A stretch of DNA of 64,000 nt from an uncultured Gemmatimonadales bacterium (GCA_963707505.1 CAVPQB010000005.1:99753-163752), one strand, 5' to 3'; positions 18,991 through 30,215 are shown, counted from the first letter of the stretch. Notes: generated from the sequence alone by a model not told the origin. Made by a program: numbers and translations.

Positions 18991-20802
18991 TCAACCAGCG
19001 GGGATGCCAAGCACACTGACGGCATACCAAACCGAGTATGCGATGAGCGCCGAGAGCGACGCGTCACCGCCATTCGCTATCGCCATGCCCTCAGCGTCCA
19101 CGAATTCCGCCGCGAGACCACCATCGAGATCGGCTCGACGTAACCACTCGAGTGTCTTCGCGGCGTCCGGTCCCATCAGCGTAGCGCATCGCTCGGCGAG
19201 GTTGATCTGCGCGGCGTCGGCATCGGATTGCTCGAGCCGGCGAACGGTGCGGCGATAGATCGAATCGTCGCGGGAGAGCATGTGATAGAGCGGGAGCCAG
19301 AACACCGACCCCACGGGATCATCACGCATCGACGTTGCGCCGGCGAGATCCGTTGCGGTAGAGAATAAGGTTCGCGACGAGTCCTTGTCGGTGGCGAACT
19401 GGCGCGTGATTGCGGCGCGGACCGCATCGGCGTTCTGAACGTGCTCGGCGGTCTTCTCGTCCAGCGTCTGCTTGAGCACCTCGAGCGCGTCCGCTACCAG
19501 CGCGTTGCCGTGCAGCGTGTATGGCAGCTCCGCGTCGGCGCCGGACGGAGTTGCGTCGGTTCTGTACAACGGCAGCGAGCCGTGGCGTGATGCGGCGATG
19601 TCGTCGTTCGCTGCATAGAGCGCTTCGGCGATCGGCGCGTCCTCGACGATGCGATCGTCGCCGGTCTGCGCGACGTAGCGATCGACAGAGACCGGATATG
19701 CAGCTGCTGCATCGAGACAGAACGCTACGTCGAACGGAGTGCCATCGATGTAGTTGACACCGCGGCCCGGCGCGTAGCCGTGCAGCTCGCAGGTTCTCAG
19801 CAACAGCTCTCGCGCGAGCGCGGTGTCGGCGAGCTGAAATGCAGGCACGAGCCACATCAACGCCTCATAGTCGCGTACTGTCAATCCCTGCGCGCACCAT
19901 GGAATGCGAGAGCGGAAGATATACCACCGCGCGTCGTCGATCGCGCGACCGGCAGCGTAGAAGTACGCGAACATCAGATGCCGATTGATCAGACGATCTG
20001 CAGCCGGAACGCCGGTGGATTGCTGCAGCATCGAGATTGCGTCGCGCGTCTGTGACGCAAGCGTTCGCCAGCCACGGCGTCGCATGCGCTGCACCATCGC
20101 GACGGCGCCGTCGACTTCGGGACCTGCCGCAGCGTACAATGCAAGATCGACTCGCTCGCCCGGTTGGAGCGAAGCCTCGCGGCTCAGGGTGAAACGTGCC
20201 GTGCCGTCGGTGGTCGCGGCGACCGCTCCAATCATCGAATCACCTGTCAATGCCAACGCCGTTTCGGAGCCGCGACTCGTTCCGCGCAGAGTGATAATAT
20301 CGTCCGTCAGTGTCGCGACGTGCGCGTCGTCAAAGCGGCGCGCTGTACGAATGCGGTGTTGGCGAACGCCAAGTGTGCCCTGAGCGCGGAAGTTGACAGA
20401 GGCAGCTGATTGACCGCGATTCTCGATCGATATCGCGTAAACGAAGCCGGGGAAGTCGGCCGCGCGGCCACAGGGAGCGAAGATGGTGCCGCGAATGACG
20501 AGATCGCCGACGGTCGAATTGAAGGCCGGCAGCCATTCGAGGACCCGTTGCCAGGCCATCCGGGTCGTGGCGAGCTCGATCGGCGAGCCGTCGGACTCGA
20601 AGCTCAACCGCAACAGGGGTTCACCTGCGCCATTCTCGAAGTCAGGTGCGCCGGCGAACTCGATGGCGCCCCGGTGAGCCAGGGAGATCAGCCCGACTCC
20701 ATGGATGGAACCGTCGGCCGGATGCACGCACGGCAACGAGAGCCAGTGGTTCCCGGTTACCTGCCACGGAATGGTTGGTGGCGTGCGCAGCTCATACCTC
20801 AC
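18991..20802 (-). CDS. Putative six-hairpin glycosidase (GH125/GH15-like)
   Basis: 603 aa intact ORF; beta-rich N-half and helical C-half with RDYEALMW, YIDG, GLAAEFVD; family inferred. Confidence 0.55.
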   Translation of the reverse strand: MRYELRTPPTIPWQVTGNHWLSLPCVHPADGSIHGVGLISLAHRGAIEFAGAPDFENGAGEPLLRLSFESDGSPIELATTRMAWQRVLEWLPAFNSTVGDLVIRGTIFAPCGRAADFPGFVYAISIENRGQSAASVNFRAQGTLGVRQHRIRTARRFDDAHVATLTDDIITLRGTSRGSETALALTGDSMIGAVAATTDGTARFTLSREASLQPGERVDLALYAAAGPEVDGAVAMVQRMRRRGWRTLASQTRDAISMLQQSTGVPAADRLINRHLMFAYFYAAGRAIDDARWYIFRSRIPWCAQGLTVRDYEALMWLVPAFQLADTALARELLLRTCELHGYAPGRGVNYIDGTPFDVAFCLDAAAAYPVSVDRYVAQTGDDRIVEDAPIAEALYAANDDIAASRHGSLPLYRTDATPSGADAELPYTLHGNALVADALEVLKQTLDEKTAEHVQNADAVRAAITRQFATDKDSSRTLFSTATDLAGATSMRDDPVGSVFWLPLYHMLSRDDSIYRRTVRRLEQSDADAAQINLAERCATLMGPDAAKTLEWLRRADLDGGLAAEFVDAEGMAIANGGDASLSALIAYSVWYAVSVLGIPAG

Positions 20803-20880
20803 TTAGCTTTGGTTGACACGGACGGAACCGGAATGCTAACGTCCCCGCGTCGCGCCTACAACGATTTTTACCGAGAGCAC

Positions 20881-22495
20881 ATGCCCGGACGCTGGTTCCA
20901 AGCAGCAATTTTCACCCTCACGGCGTCGCTGTGCGCTGGCGCCGCTGGTGCCCAGGCGATCACCGGATTGGGCGAAGATGCATCGATCACGCCGTCTGGC
21001 AGCTTCCGGATCAAGGTGGAAAGCGACTGGTCGTACTGGGATCAGCTGTTCGTTTCGCCCAAAGCCGGGCGTGGCGGGAGTGCTCCAGCCGCTCGGCGGC
21101 CGGTTCAGTCTCGACAGCGTCGGGGTGGCACAGCTGTCCATCCTCAAGCCAGTTCAGGACACCTTACGGGCAATCACGGGGGTGTCAGGCCTCAACGTGT
21201 CGATCGGCAAGACAGTTACACAGGTGACGGACCGGGTCGCGAACGTTCCAATATCTCTCGAGGCTGGAATCTCGCGCTGGCTGTCGGTGACGGCGATGGT
21301 GCCGATCGTGCACACGCGGACGAGCGTGTTCTTTCGTGCGAACCCCGGGGCGAACGAGGCGAATCTGGGCCCCAATCCGGCAGCGGCCGGAGATGCTGTC
21401 GCGCGCGCAACCGATTCCATCTTCACGGCACAGGTGATCACGGCCGCGACGGCGGTGAAGGCCTATTGCTCCGGCGCGGGCGCACGTGATCCTCAATGCA
21501 CCGGATCTGCGGCGCTCGTCACGTCAGCGACGGGATTCGGCAATTCGATCGCGTCGCTTTACATGAATGGCGCGCTGGTGCCGACGCGCGGAAGTACCGT
21601 GCAGAGCGCAGTCGATGCGCGCGTCACCAGCGTGCGCGGCGCATTGAATGCGTTCGCCGCGAATCCTGCAACGGGAGTGCCCGCCATCACAGCAACAGGT
21701 GTCGTTGGAGCCCCGACCCCGTTGGCGACTCCGGGCGTGCAGACACTGCTGAGCGATCCGTCATACGGCGTTGCGCTGCAGCCGTTCCAGACGATCGAGC
21801 GAACGGGCCTCGGGGATGCGGAGCTGACGGCGAAGTTGCTGCTGTTCGATTCATTTCGGTTACGCGATGCATCGCGCTTCACACCACATGGAATCAATGC
21901 ACGGCTTGCCGTTGCTGGTGGGTATCGGTTTCCGACCGGATCGCTTCCGGCGTCCGATGCGCTCACTGACATCGGAACGGGGACGCATGCAGCCGCGGTT
22001 CTCGCGCGCGGCTACCTGGACATTCTGCTCGGAGGCCACTTCTGGGTCTCCGGCGTCGCGCGCTATGCGAAGGCGACGAGCGATTCGATGACGGTACGGT
22101 ACGCGCCCGGCGTTACGTTCCCGCCGGCGACCAGCGCAGTTGCTGTGACGCGTCAACTAGGAAACATGCTCGAGATCGAGGCGACACCGCGCTGGGTGTT
22201 CAACGATTTCATCTCGCTCGGCGGCCAGTATCTGTATCGTCACAAGACGGCGGATGCGTACACGGCGGCCGGCGTTGCGCTACCGGACCTGGGGCTTGGT
22301 ACGGACTTCAAGGAGCAGCGAGTCGGTGGCGGCATCGCGTTCTCGAATGCACACGCAGTCAGTCTGGGGAAGTCGAAGATTCCGTTCGACGTGAGTTATC
22401 TGCATACGGAGACGATCAGCGGGACTGGTGGTGCGGTGCCGAAGTTGATCAACGATCAGATCCTGATTCGGTTGTATTGGCGGTTGAAGCGATAG
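20881..22495 (+). CDS. Putative outer-membrane beta-barrel/transporter (frameshift near 21060)
   Basis: Signal peptide MPGRWFQAAIFTLTASLCAGAAGA; GLGDAELTAK...PTG...GTG pattern of MetA/SphA-type barrels; alternating beta-strands at C-terminus. Confidence 0.6.
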
Positions 22496-22507
22496 ATCGG
22501 CGAGCCA

Positions 22508-22536
22508 CGTCATCCTCGCCGAAGACGGGGATGACG
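22508..22536. repeat. REP-like palindrome, copy 1 (between convergent genes)
   Basis: CGTCATCCTCG-CCGAAGA-CGGGGATGACG; similar to 52065-52092. Confidence 0.7.
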
Positions 22537-22544
22537 ACTGCCCC

Positions 22545-24212
22545 TTACGCGCCCGCGGCCTGCAACAATTCCTTCGCGTGCGCCCTGCTTGCCTTGCTTT
22601 CGGGATCGCCGCCCAACATGCGCGCGATTTCGGTCACTCTATCGTTGGCCGAGAGAACGCTGATGTCCGCGGTAGTCACGCCTTCACGCGCGCCCTTTGC
22701 AACCACTATGTGATGATGCGCGCGCGCGGCAATCTGAGGCAGATGTGATATCGCGAACACCTGATGCTGCTCGGCGACGCGACGCATCGTGTCGCCTACC
22801 TGCAGGCCGACGCGGCCTCCGATCCCCGCGTCGACTTCGTCGAACACGAGAGTCGGGATGTGATCAACTGCGGCGAGCACGGTTTTAAGCGCGAGCATGA
22901 CGCGCGCGAGCTCGCCGCCGGACGCCACTCTTGCGAGCGGTCTCGGGTCGTAACCGACGTTCAGCGCGACACGAAATTCCACGTCCTCGGCGCCTTGCGG
23001 CGATATTTCCGCGCGCGACGTCAGTGCAACCGTGAAGCGGCCGGAATCCATCCCCAACTGCGGAAGCTCCGCAGACACTGCCTTGCCAATTGCGGTCGCG
23101 GCGCGCTTGCGAAGCGCTGTGAGACGCGCTGCCGCAGCGTGCAGCCGATCCGACGCGTCGCCTTCCTGCTTCCGGAGCTGCGCGACGTCGAACTCGGCTG
23201 AATCGACGAGATCGAGCTCGGCCTGCGCCTCGGCGCCTGTCGTGATGACGTCGGCGAGCGTACCGCCGTACTTCTTGCTCAGCCGGAAGATCAGCTCGCG
23301 GCGAGCACGGACACCGGCGAGACGCTCGGGGTCCAGTTCAACCGAAGACGCATAGTCGGATGCTGCACGCGCAAGCTCGTCAAGCGCGTAGAAGCCAGTA
23401 TCGTACAGCTCCTGCATCTTTGACGCGCTTGCGTCGATCCGTGAGATCTGGCCGAGCGCACGATGGACCGATGCGAGGCGCGCAAGCGCTCCGTCCTCAT
23501 CATCGCTCAGTGCCTCCGACACTGCCTGCGCAAGTGTACGCAGCTCGTCCGCGTTCTCGAGAACGCGCGCGTCGTCTTCGAGCGTGACGTCCTCGCCCGG
23601 GACGAGCTGCGCGTCGCTGATCTCGCGTGCGACGTGTCGCAGGTAGTCCGCACGACGCTCGGCATCCGCGCGCCGCTTGGTTATCTCTTCGATTCTCCGG
23701 CGGACTGCCGCGAGCGAGGCGTACTCCGATGCAACGTCGCGCGCGGCGGAAGTAGCGTCCGCATACGCGTCCAGAATCTGGCGTTGCGACTCGTCATCGA
23801 GCAACGTCTGCGCTTCGTGCTGGCCGTGCAAGTTGACGAGCGCGCGACCGATCTCCGCGAGGATCGTCGCCGTGACGGGCGTACCGTTCACCCAGGCGCG
23901 GCCGCGTCCTGACGCGGCGATCTCACGCTTGAGCACCAACGTTTCTCCCTCCGTTTCGATGCCTCGCTCATCGACGAGCGCGACAAGAGCCGGACGCTCC
24001 GACAGATCGAACACTCCCTCGACCGTCGCACGGTCGGCGCCAGGGCGCACGAGATCGGCGCTGGCCCGCTCTCCCAACAGCAATCCCAACGCGCCCACGA
24101 TTATCGACTTGCCCGCTCCAGTCTCGCCCGAGAGAACATTCAGTCCGCGTTCGAGAGGAAGCGTTACCGAATCGATTATCGCAAAGTTCCTGATTCGAAG
24201 TTCGGTCAGCAC
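22545..24212 (-). CDS. recN: DNA repair protein RecN
   Basis: SGETGAGKS, HGQHE, VASGGELAR, FDEVDAGIGG, SHLPQIAA. Confidence 0.98.
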   Translation of the reverse strand: MLTELRIRNFAIIDSVTLPLERGLNVLSGETGAGKSIIVGALGLLLGERASADLVRPGADRATVEGVFDLSERPALVALVDERGIETEGETLVLKREIAASGRGRAWVNGTPVTATILAEIGRALVNLHGQHEAQTLLDDESQRQILDAYADATSAARDVASEYASLAAVRRRIEEITKRRADAERRADYLRHVAREISDAQLVPGEDVTLEDDARVLENADELRTLAQAVSEALSDDEDGALARLASVHRALGQISRIDASASKMQELYDTGFYALDELARAASDYASSVELDPERLAGVRARRELIFRLSKKYGGTLADVITTGAEAQAELDLVDSAEFDVAQLRKQEGDASDRLHAAAARLTALRKRAATAIGKAVSAELPQLGMDSGRFTVALTSRAEISPQGAEDVEFRVALNVGYDPRPLARVASGGELARVMLALKTVLAAVDHIPTLVFDEVDAGIGGRVGLQVGDTMRRVAEQHQVFAISHLPQIAARAHHHIVVAKGAREGVTTADISVLSANDRVTEIARMLGGDPESKASRAHAKELLQAAGA

Positions 24213-25078
24213 TGTTTGGGTTGATCGCGTGTCGGAAGTCCGCCCCAGCCTAGCTTGACGCGGAGCCGATCGAAGAAGCTGTTGCCGGGAAAGCGAACTA
24301 TACGCACTGCGCGCGGCGCGCGGCGAACCGTTAATGTGTCTCCCGAAGCCAATCGCGTACCGGCCTGTCCGTCGACGGTGATCAGCACCTCGTCGGGACC
24401 ATCCAGCGATTCCAGCGTCACGGTAACATTCGGTGGAAGGACTATCGGCCGAATCGCAAGCGCGTGTGCAGAGATCGGCGTGAGGATGATGGAATCGAGC
24501 GATGGCGTGACGAGCGGGCCGCCAGCCGACAGACTGTACGCGGTGGAACCGGTCGGGGACGCTACGACGATTCCATCACTGTTGTAGTCGCCGAGCGTTT
24601 CGCCGTCGACTATGACGCGGACACTCAGCATGCGCGCGAAGCCACCCTTGTGCATCACGATATCGTTGAGCGCCTGCCACTCTTCCGTGGGAGTTCCGTC
24701 ACTGTGCTTCGCTTCACCGCGCAGTGCCATCCGCTCGTCGACGTCGTAGTCCCCGGCAACCACGGCTTCGAGCGCAGATTTGAGTTCCGGCGCGCTGCAG
24801 CTGGTGAGGAAGCCCAGCCTTCCCAGATTGACACCAAGGATGGGCACCGCTGCACCGTCGAGAAAGCGCGCAGTGCGGAGTAACGTGCCATCACCCCCAA
24901 GCGATAGCGCAAGGTGAATCTGCGCTGGCGACTTGAGTAAACGGTCGTCAGGAACGTCGAGCAGACCGGGTTCGAAATACAACGTCGCGCCAAGCACGCG
25001 TGCTTCGCGCTCGAGCACGTCCATGATGGAAGCGAGCGCGGGGTATCCTCGGTGACCGATTACCCCGATGTCGATCAT
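24206..25078 (-). CDS. nadK: NAD kinase
   Basis: LGGDGTLL, NLGRLGFL, ALND, SPTGSTAYSLSAGGP. Confidence 0.96.
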   Translation of the reverse strand: MIDIGVIGHRGYPALASIMDVLEREARVLGATLYFEPGLLDVPDDRLLKSPAQIHLALSLGGDGTLLRTARFLDGAAVPILGVNLGRLGFLTSCSAPELKSALEAVVAGDYDVDERMALRGEAKHSDGTPTEEWQALNDIVMHKGGFARMLSVRVIVDGETLGDYNSDGIVVASPTGSTAYSLSAGGPLVTPSLDSIILTPISAHALAIRPIVLPPNVTVTLESLDGPDEVLITVDGQAGTRLASGDTLTVRRAPRAVRIVRFPGNSFFDRLRVKLGWGGLPTRDQPKQC

Positions 25079-26973
25079 CCGGCGACGGTCTCGGCGGCAC
25101 TACCGTGAAGAACACGCACCCGCTCCGCAATTCCGGCCGCATCGAGTCCAGTCAGCTGAAGCTGACGCGCGCGCGATGCCTGCTCGATGAACTTGTCAGC
25201 GACTCCGTGCGCCATGACGCGAACGGCGGGATCCAGTCGCGCGACGACAGAGGTCATGTACGCGCCGAAGCCATTGACCACAGTTCCTTCCTCGACGACG
25301 AGGAGATGCCGGTGGTCCGCGAGAAGCGCGTTGAGTGTGACCTCGTCATGCGGCTTGAGGAAACGGCAGTTGACAACAGTGACCGACAAGCCTTCGGCGG
25401 CGAGAATGTCTGCTGCAGCGAGGGCATTGTTGACCATCGGACCCACGGCGAGCACCGCGAATTCGGAACCACGACGCAGCACTTCCCATGTTCCAAACGG
25501 GATCGGAGCGATCTCCGCGATCGGAGGAACGATGTCGGGCGATGCGTCGCGCGGATATCGCAGCGAGAACGGTCCGCCCTTGTGCGCCATGCTGGTGCGC
25601 AGAAGCCCAAGCATCTCGCTGCCGTTCCGGGGCGCGGTTACGGTCGCACCTGGAATCGAAAGCATGTACGCTATGTCGTACAATCCCATATGTGTCGGGC
25701 CGTCCTCGCCGACGAGGCCGGCTCGGTCCATCGCGAACACGACGGGTAGATGCTGCAGAGCGACGTCGTGTATGACGTTGTCATACGCACGCTGGAGGAA
25801 AGTGGAATAGATCGCGCACACCGGCTTGATCCCGCGCGTGGCGAGACCGGCCGCGAATGTAACCGCGTGACCTTCCGCAATTCCAACGTCGAAGAATCGC
25901 TTGGGAAAAGCCTTCGCCATGACTCCGGTACCGGTTCCGCTCGGCATTGCCGCAGTAATTGCGACGAGCTTGGGATCGATGGCAGCAAGCTCTGCCAGCC
26001 CCTTTCCAAAAACCGCGGTGTAGCTCGGATTCGCGGATGACGCCTTGACCTGCTTGCCGGTTGCCGGGTCGTGACCTGCGGGGAGAGCGTGCCACTTCTC
26101 GACGTTCTCGCCCGCGGGAAAGCCCTTCCCCTTCTTCGTGACGACGTGAACAAGTCGCGGGCCTTCCATGGGGCGCACCGCTGCGAACGTCTCGAGAAGA
26201 AGGTCGATGTCGTGTCCGTCGATCGGCCCGAAGTAGCGGAAGCCGAGCTCCTCGAACAGCACGCCCGGCGTGAGGAACGACTTCATGCTCTCTTCCCACT
26301 TGCGCACCAGCGTGCTCATTCCCTGCAGCGGTCCGGGCATGCTGTCGACAACCGTACCGATGGTCGAGCGCAGCCGGTTGTAGATCGGATTGCGCTGCAC
26401 CGAGTTGAGATACTTGGCCATCGCTCCAACGTTCGGAGCGATGGACATCTCGTTGTCATTCAGCACGACGATGAAATCGCGGCCTGATGCCCCTGCGTTA
26501 TTCAATCCTTCGTATGACAACCCGGATGTCAGTGCGCCGTCGCCGAGCACAGACACCACTTTGAATGACTCGCCGGAAATGTCGCGCCCGACCGCCATTC
26601 CAAAACCGGCGGAGATTGCCGTGGCAGCGTGGCCCGCGCCGAAGGTGTCGTACGGGCTCTCGGAGCGCTTGAGGAAGCCGGACATGCCGTTCTCGGTGCG
26701 CAGCGTGTCGAAGCCGCTGGCACGGCCGGTAAGGAGCTTGTGCGGATAACCCTGATGACCGACATCCCACACGATCTGATCGGTGGGGGTGTCGAAGGCC
26801 GCGTGCAGCGCGATGGTGAGCTCGACCACGCCGAGTCCCGCGCCGATGTGACCGCCGGTTCGCGAGCATGAGTCGATGAGGAATGCGCGCACTTCGTCAG
26901 CGAGCGTGCGCAGCTCGTCGCGCGTGAGAGTCTTGAGGTCCGACGATGAAGCGATCCTTTCGAGTATTGCCAT
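25075..26973 (-). CDS. dxs: 1-deoxy-D-xylulose-5-phosphate synthase
   Basis: WDVGHQGYPHK, GDGALT..NDNEMSI, DVGIAEGHAV, YSTFLQRAYD, DRAGLVGEDGPTH. Confidence 0.98.
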   Translation of the reverse strand: MAILERIASSSDLKTLTRDELRTLADEVRAFLIDSCSRTGGHIGAGLGVVELTIALHAAFDTPTDQIVWDVGHQGYPHKLLTGRASGFDTLRTENGMSGFLKRSESPYDTFGAGHAATAISAGFGMAVGRDISGESFKVVSVLGDGALTSGLSYEGLNNAGASGRDFIVVLNDNEMSIAPNVGAMAKYLNSVQRNPIYNRLRSTIGTVVDSMPGPLQGMSTLVRKWEESMKSFLTPGVLFEELGFRYFGPIDGHDIDLLLETFAAVRPMEGPRLVHVVTKKGKGFPAGENVEKWHALPAGHDPATGKQVKASSANPSYTAVFGKGLAELAAIDPKLVAITAAMPSGTGTGVMAKAFPKRFFDVGIAEGHAVTFAAGLATRGIKPVCAIYSTFLQRAYDNVIHDVALQHLPVVFAMDRAGLVGEDGPTHMGLYDIAYMLSIPGATVTAPRNGSEMLGLLRTSMAHKGGPFSLRYPRDASPDIVPPIAEIAPIPFGTWEVLRRGSEFAVLAVGPMVNNALAAADILAAEGLSVTVVNCRFLKPHDEVTLNALLADHRHLLVVEEGTVVNGFGAYMTSVVARLDPAVRVMAHGVADKFIEQASRARQLQLTGLDAAGIAERVRVLHGSAAETVAG

Positions 26974-26980
26974 CTGCCTG

Positions 26981-27880
26981 TCAGTGCGTGCGAGTAATCA
27001 CCAGATCGGCCAGGTGGCGAAGCTCCTGGCTGAGCAGGTTGTGTTCCTGCAACGTTTTGCAACCCTGCCTTGCGAGGGCAACAGCGCGATCCATTGCACC
27101 ATTCACACCCAGCAACGCCGGATATGTGCTCTTGCCCAGCTCCGCGTCGCGCCCAACCGTCTTGCCGAGCGCGTCTGAGGAGGAAGTGACGTCGAGCACG
27201 TCATCCACTATCTGGAACGCGAGGCCGATGTCGGCACCGAAGCTGCCAAGGGCCTCGACAGCCGGACGGGTGGCGCCGGCCGCCATGCCACCGACCTTTG
27301 CAGACGCGGCCATCAGTGCACCCGTCTTCGCACGGTGAATCCGTTCCAGCTTTTCGAGCGAATCTGCCGGAATGTCTTCGGCAATGAGGTCATGAAGCTG
27401 TCCTCCAATCATACCACTCGCGCCGGCCGCCTGCATCAATACCGCAACGATCGGCGCTGCACGTGGGGCGCCACCGTACATCCCCCGCATCGAGCGCGCG
27501 GCCGCGGCCGCCGCGATCGGGATAATCGCGACGCCAGCAACGACAGTCGTGGGGACGCCGCACGCCTTGTGGGTGGTCGGACGCCCGCGCCGCATGTCGT
27601 CATCGTCCATGCAGGGGAGATCGTCGTGCGCAAGTGAATACGCGTGCAGCATCTCCACCGCGGCTGCCAAACCGTAGACATTGCCCCCGCCGCCGGCTGC
27701 GCGATATGAAGCTGCAACGAGAATTCCACGCAGACGCTTGCCGGGCCCGGAAAGAGTGTAGCGGACAGCCCTGGTGAGCCGCTCCGACATTGCCGGAAGC
27801 AGCTCGCAGGTCGCGCCCAGTGCAGCGTCGATGTAGCTGCGATCGGATGCGAAGTCCACAGCGTGGTTTGGCTCAGACAT
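26981..27880 (-). CDS. ispA: Farnesyl diphosphate/polyprenyl synthase
   Basis: GKRLR, HDDLPCMDDDDMRRGRPT, KTGAL, FQIVDDVLD. Confidence 0.93.
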   Translation of the reverse strand: MSEPNHAVDFASDRSYIDAALGATCELLPAMSERLTRAVRYTLSGPGKRLRGILVAASYRAAGGGGNVYGLAAAVEMLHAYSLAHDDLPCMDDDDMRRGRPTTHKACGVPTTVVAGVAIIPIAAAAAARSMRGMYGGAPRAAPIVAVLMQAAGASGMIGGQLHDLIAEDIPADSLEKLERIHRAKTGALMAASAKVGGMAAGATRPAVEALGSFGADIGLAFQIVDDVLDVTSSSDALGKTVGRDAELGKSTYPALLGVNGAMDRAVALARQGCKTLQEHNLLSQELRHLADLVITRTH

Positions 27881-28085
27881 CGATCTCGCGCGTCTCGAAG
27901 ACGCCTTCCGCGCTCTCGATGAGCAGTTGAACGCGACCTTCGGCCCTGGTCAGCTCGTCCGATGCGAGACGAAGTATCTCGATTCCCTCCTCGAACAGCT
28001 TGAGCGCGTTGTCCAGTGGTAGTCCATCACCTTCAAGATCAGCGACTATTTCCTGAAGCCGCTCGACTCGCTTCTCGTAGCTCAT
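27873..28085 (-). CDS. xseB: Exodeoxyribonuclease VII small subunit
   Basis: YEKRVERLQEIVADLE, LDNALKLFEEG; xseA-xseB-ispA-dxs order. Confidence 0.95.
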   Translation of the reverse strand: MSYEKRVERLQEIVADLEGDGLPLDNALKLFEEGIEILRLASDELTRAEGRVQLLIESAEGVFETREIDV

Positions 28086-29317
28086 GGCTTTTCCGCGACC
28101 CGCGCGGCAACGTCACCGTCGCGCAATGTGAGAGTGAAAGGCGCGCCGGGTTTGAAGTCGGCGACGCTTGCGAGCGTTGTCTTGCGGGTCGTGTCGCGCG
28201 CGACCGCATAGCCACGCGCAAGCGTTGCAAGCGGACTCAGCACGTTGAGACGACCCGCGGTTGCGCTGATTGCTGCGCGCCGCCGCTCCGCATCGATCGA
28301 CGCGGCGCGTCGGAGCGCAAGGGCGCCGCTCTCGAGATCGGCGCGCGCACGCGACGCACGTCCGGCGAGCGACGCACACAACACATCACTCGTATCACGC
28401 AGCGCAGCAAGCAAGTCGCTCCGCATCGGTACCGCAGCCTCCGCGGCAGCGGATGGCGTTGCTGCGCGATGATCTGCGATGAGGTCGGCAATTGTCACGT
28501 CGATCTCGTGACCGACACCGGAAATCACGGGAACGGTCGAGTCCGCTATTGCGCGCGCAACAGCCTCGCTGTTGAACGCCCACAAGTCTTCGCGTCCGCC
28601 GCCCCCGCGTCCGACGATCAAAACGTCGATTTCACCGAAGCGGCAAATCCGCTGGATCGCGGCGACGATTTCCGCCGGTGCATTGGGCCCCTGTACCGTC
28701 GCTGCGCTCACCACGAGACTCACGTGCGGCGCGCGGCGACGAATCACGGATATGACGTCGCGTAGCGCCGCACCATCCGGGCTGGTCACCATTCCGACCC
28801 GCGTCGGCGCGACTGGAAGGGTGCGCTTGCGCTCCGGCGCGAGCAGGCCCTCTCTGTCCAGGCGCAATCGCGTTTCTTCCATCGCCTTCCGCCAGAGCCC
28901 ATCGCCAATCGCATCGAGAGCGGTGACGTTGAGATGCATCTCGCCGCGTGCGGAATACACGGTGAGCTGGCCGAATGCCGTGACTTCCATTCCCTCGTCT
29001 GGCGACGTCGGAATTCCGCGCTGGCTGCGCGACCACACCACGCAGCGCACCTGCGCGGATGCATCGCGGAGACAGAAATACCAGTGCCCGTTTCTGTGAC
29101 GCTTGAAGTCGCTCACCTCACCGCGTACCCATAAGGGAGAGAACGAGCCCTCGATCACGGCGCGCGCGGTCTCGGTCAGCGACGCGACCTGTATCGCCGT
29201 CTCGGGCGATGAGCCTGGTGTTGCCGGTGCGACGAAGGGTGTCGCAGCAGCTCCCGACCCGAACAGATCGAACTCGACGCCCGAGCGCGTCGCGCGCGAA
29301 CCGTACGAGCGTCTCAT
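28082..29317 (-). CDS. xseA: Exodeoxyribonuclease VII large subunit
   Basis: WVRGEVS, GHWYFCLRD, RGGGGREDLWAFN, VGHEID, TPSAAAE, LARGY. Confidence 0.97.
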   Translation of the reverse strand: MRRSYGSRATRSGVEFDLFGSGAAATPFVAPATPGSSPETAIQVASLTETARAVIEGSFSPLWVRGEVSDFKRHRNGHWYFCLRDASAQVRCVVWSRSQRGIPTSPDEGMEVTAFGQLTVYSARGEMHLNVTALDAIGDGLWRKAMEETRLRLDREGLLAPERKRTLPVAPTRVGMVTSPDGAALRDVISVIRRRAPHVSLVVSAATVQGPNAPAEIVAAIQRICRFGEIDVLIVGRGGGGREDLWAFNSEAVARAIADSTVPVISGVGHEIDVTIADLIADHRAATPSAAAEAAVPMRSDLLAALRDTSDVLCASLAGRASRARADLESGALALRRAASIDAERRRAAISATAGRLNVLSPLATLARGYAVARDTTRKTTLASVADFKPGAPFTLTLRDGDVAARVAEKP

Positions 29318-29327
29318 CGCGCGAATC

Positions 29328-30215
29328 TCACGCTGCCGCCAGACGCTGCGCGGCGCGGACCGTATTGCGCAGCAACATCGCGATTGTCATGGGCCCAACG
29401 CCGCCTGGCACAGGTGTAATGAGGCCCGCGACTTCACGCGCCGCTTCGAAATCGACGTCGCCCACCAGCCGCGTACCGCTCTTGCGTGTCGCGTCTGGAA
29501 TTCTCGTGATACCAACGTCGAGAACGGCTGCACCGGGTTTTATCATATCGGCCGTGATGAGGCCCGGCCGGCCAACAGCGGTGATGAGTATGTCGGCCCG
29601 ACGAGTGAACGAGCCCAGGTCGCGCGTGTAGCGATGACAGATGGTGACGGTGCAGTTGGCGGTCGGCGCATCCTGCACCATCAACGCAGCCATGGGCTTG
29701 CCGACGATGTTGCTCCGTCCCACGACGACACAATGCAGTCCATGCGTCGTGACGTTGGACTGTCGCAGCAGCTCCTGGATTCCGGCCGGAGTGCACGGAA
29801 CGAACCCATCGCGGTCGCCGGCAAAAAGCTTCCCGACGTTCACAGGATGAAAACCGTCGACGTCCTTGCACGGATCTATGCGACGGATCACCGCGCTTGC
29901 TTCTATCTGTGGAGGAAAGGGCGACTGCACGAGAATACCGTGAACCGAGGAATCGGCATTCAGGCAATCGAGCAATTCCATCAACTCATGCTGTGACGTC
30001 GATGCCGGGAGGCGAATCGTATTCTCCTCCATACCGACTTCGACACACGCACGCGCCTTGCCCGCGACGTACACGGCGCTCGCGGGATCGTCGCCAATGA
30101 GCACGACCGTGAGCTTTGGCACGACGCCCATCGCCTTCAGTGTCGTCACTTCCGCACTCACCTCGCCGCGGATTCGCGCGGCAATAGCTGTTCCGTCTAT
30201 CAGTTCAGCGGGCAA
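29328..30215 (-). CDS. folD: Methylenetetrahydrofolate dehydrogenase/cyclohydrolase
   Basis: KDVDGFHP, PCTPAG, GRSNIVGKP, PVPGGVGPMT; start taken as TTG 30215. Confidence 0.97.
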   Translation of the reverse strand: MPAELIDGTAIAARIRGEVSAEVTTLKAMGVVPKLTVVLIGDDPASAVYVAGKARACVEVGMEENTIRLPASTSQHELMELLDCLNADSSVHGILVQSPFPPQIEASAVIRRIDPCKDVDGFHPVNVGKLFAGDRDGFVPCTPAGIQELLRQSNVTTHGLHCVVVGRSNIVGKPMAALMVQDAPTANCTVTICHRYTRDLGSFTRRADILITAVGRPGLITADMIKPGAAVLDVGITRIPDATRKSGTRLVGDVDFEAAREVAGLITPVPGGVGPMTIAMLLRNTVRAAQRLAAA

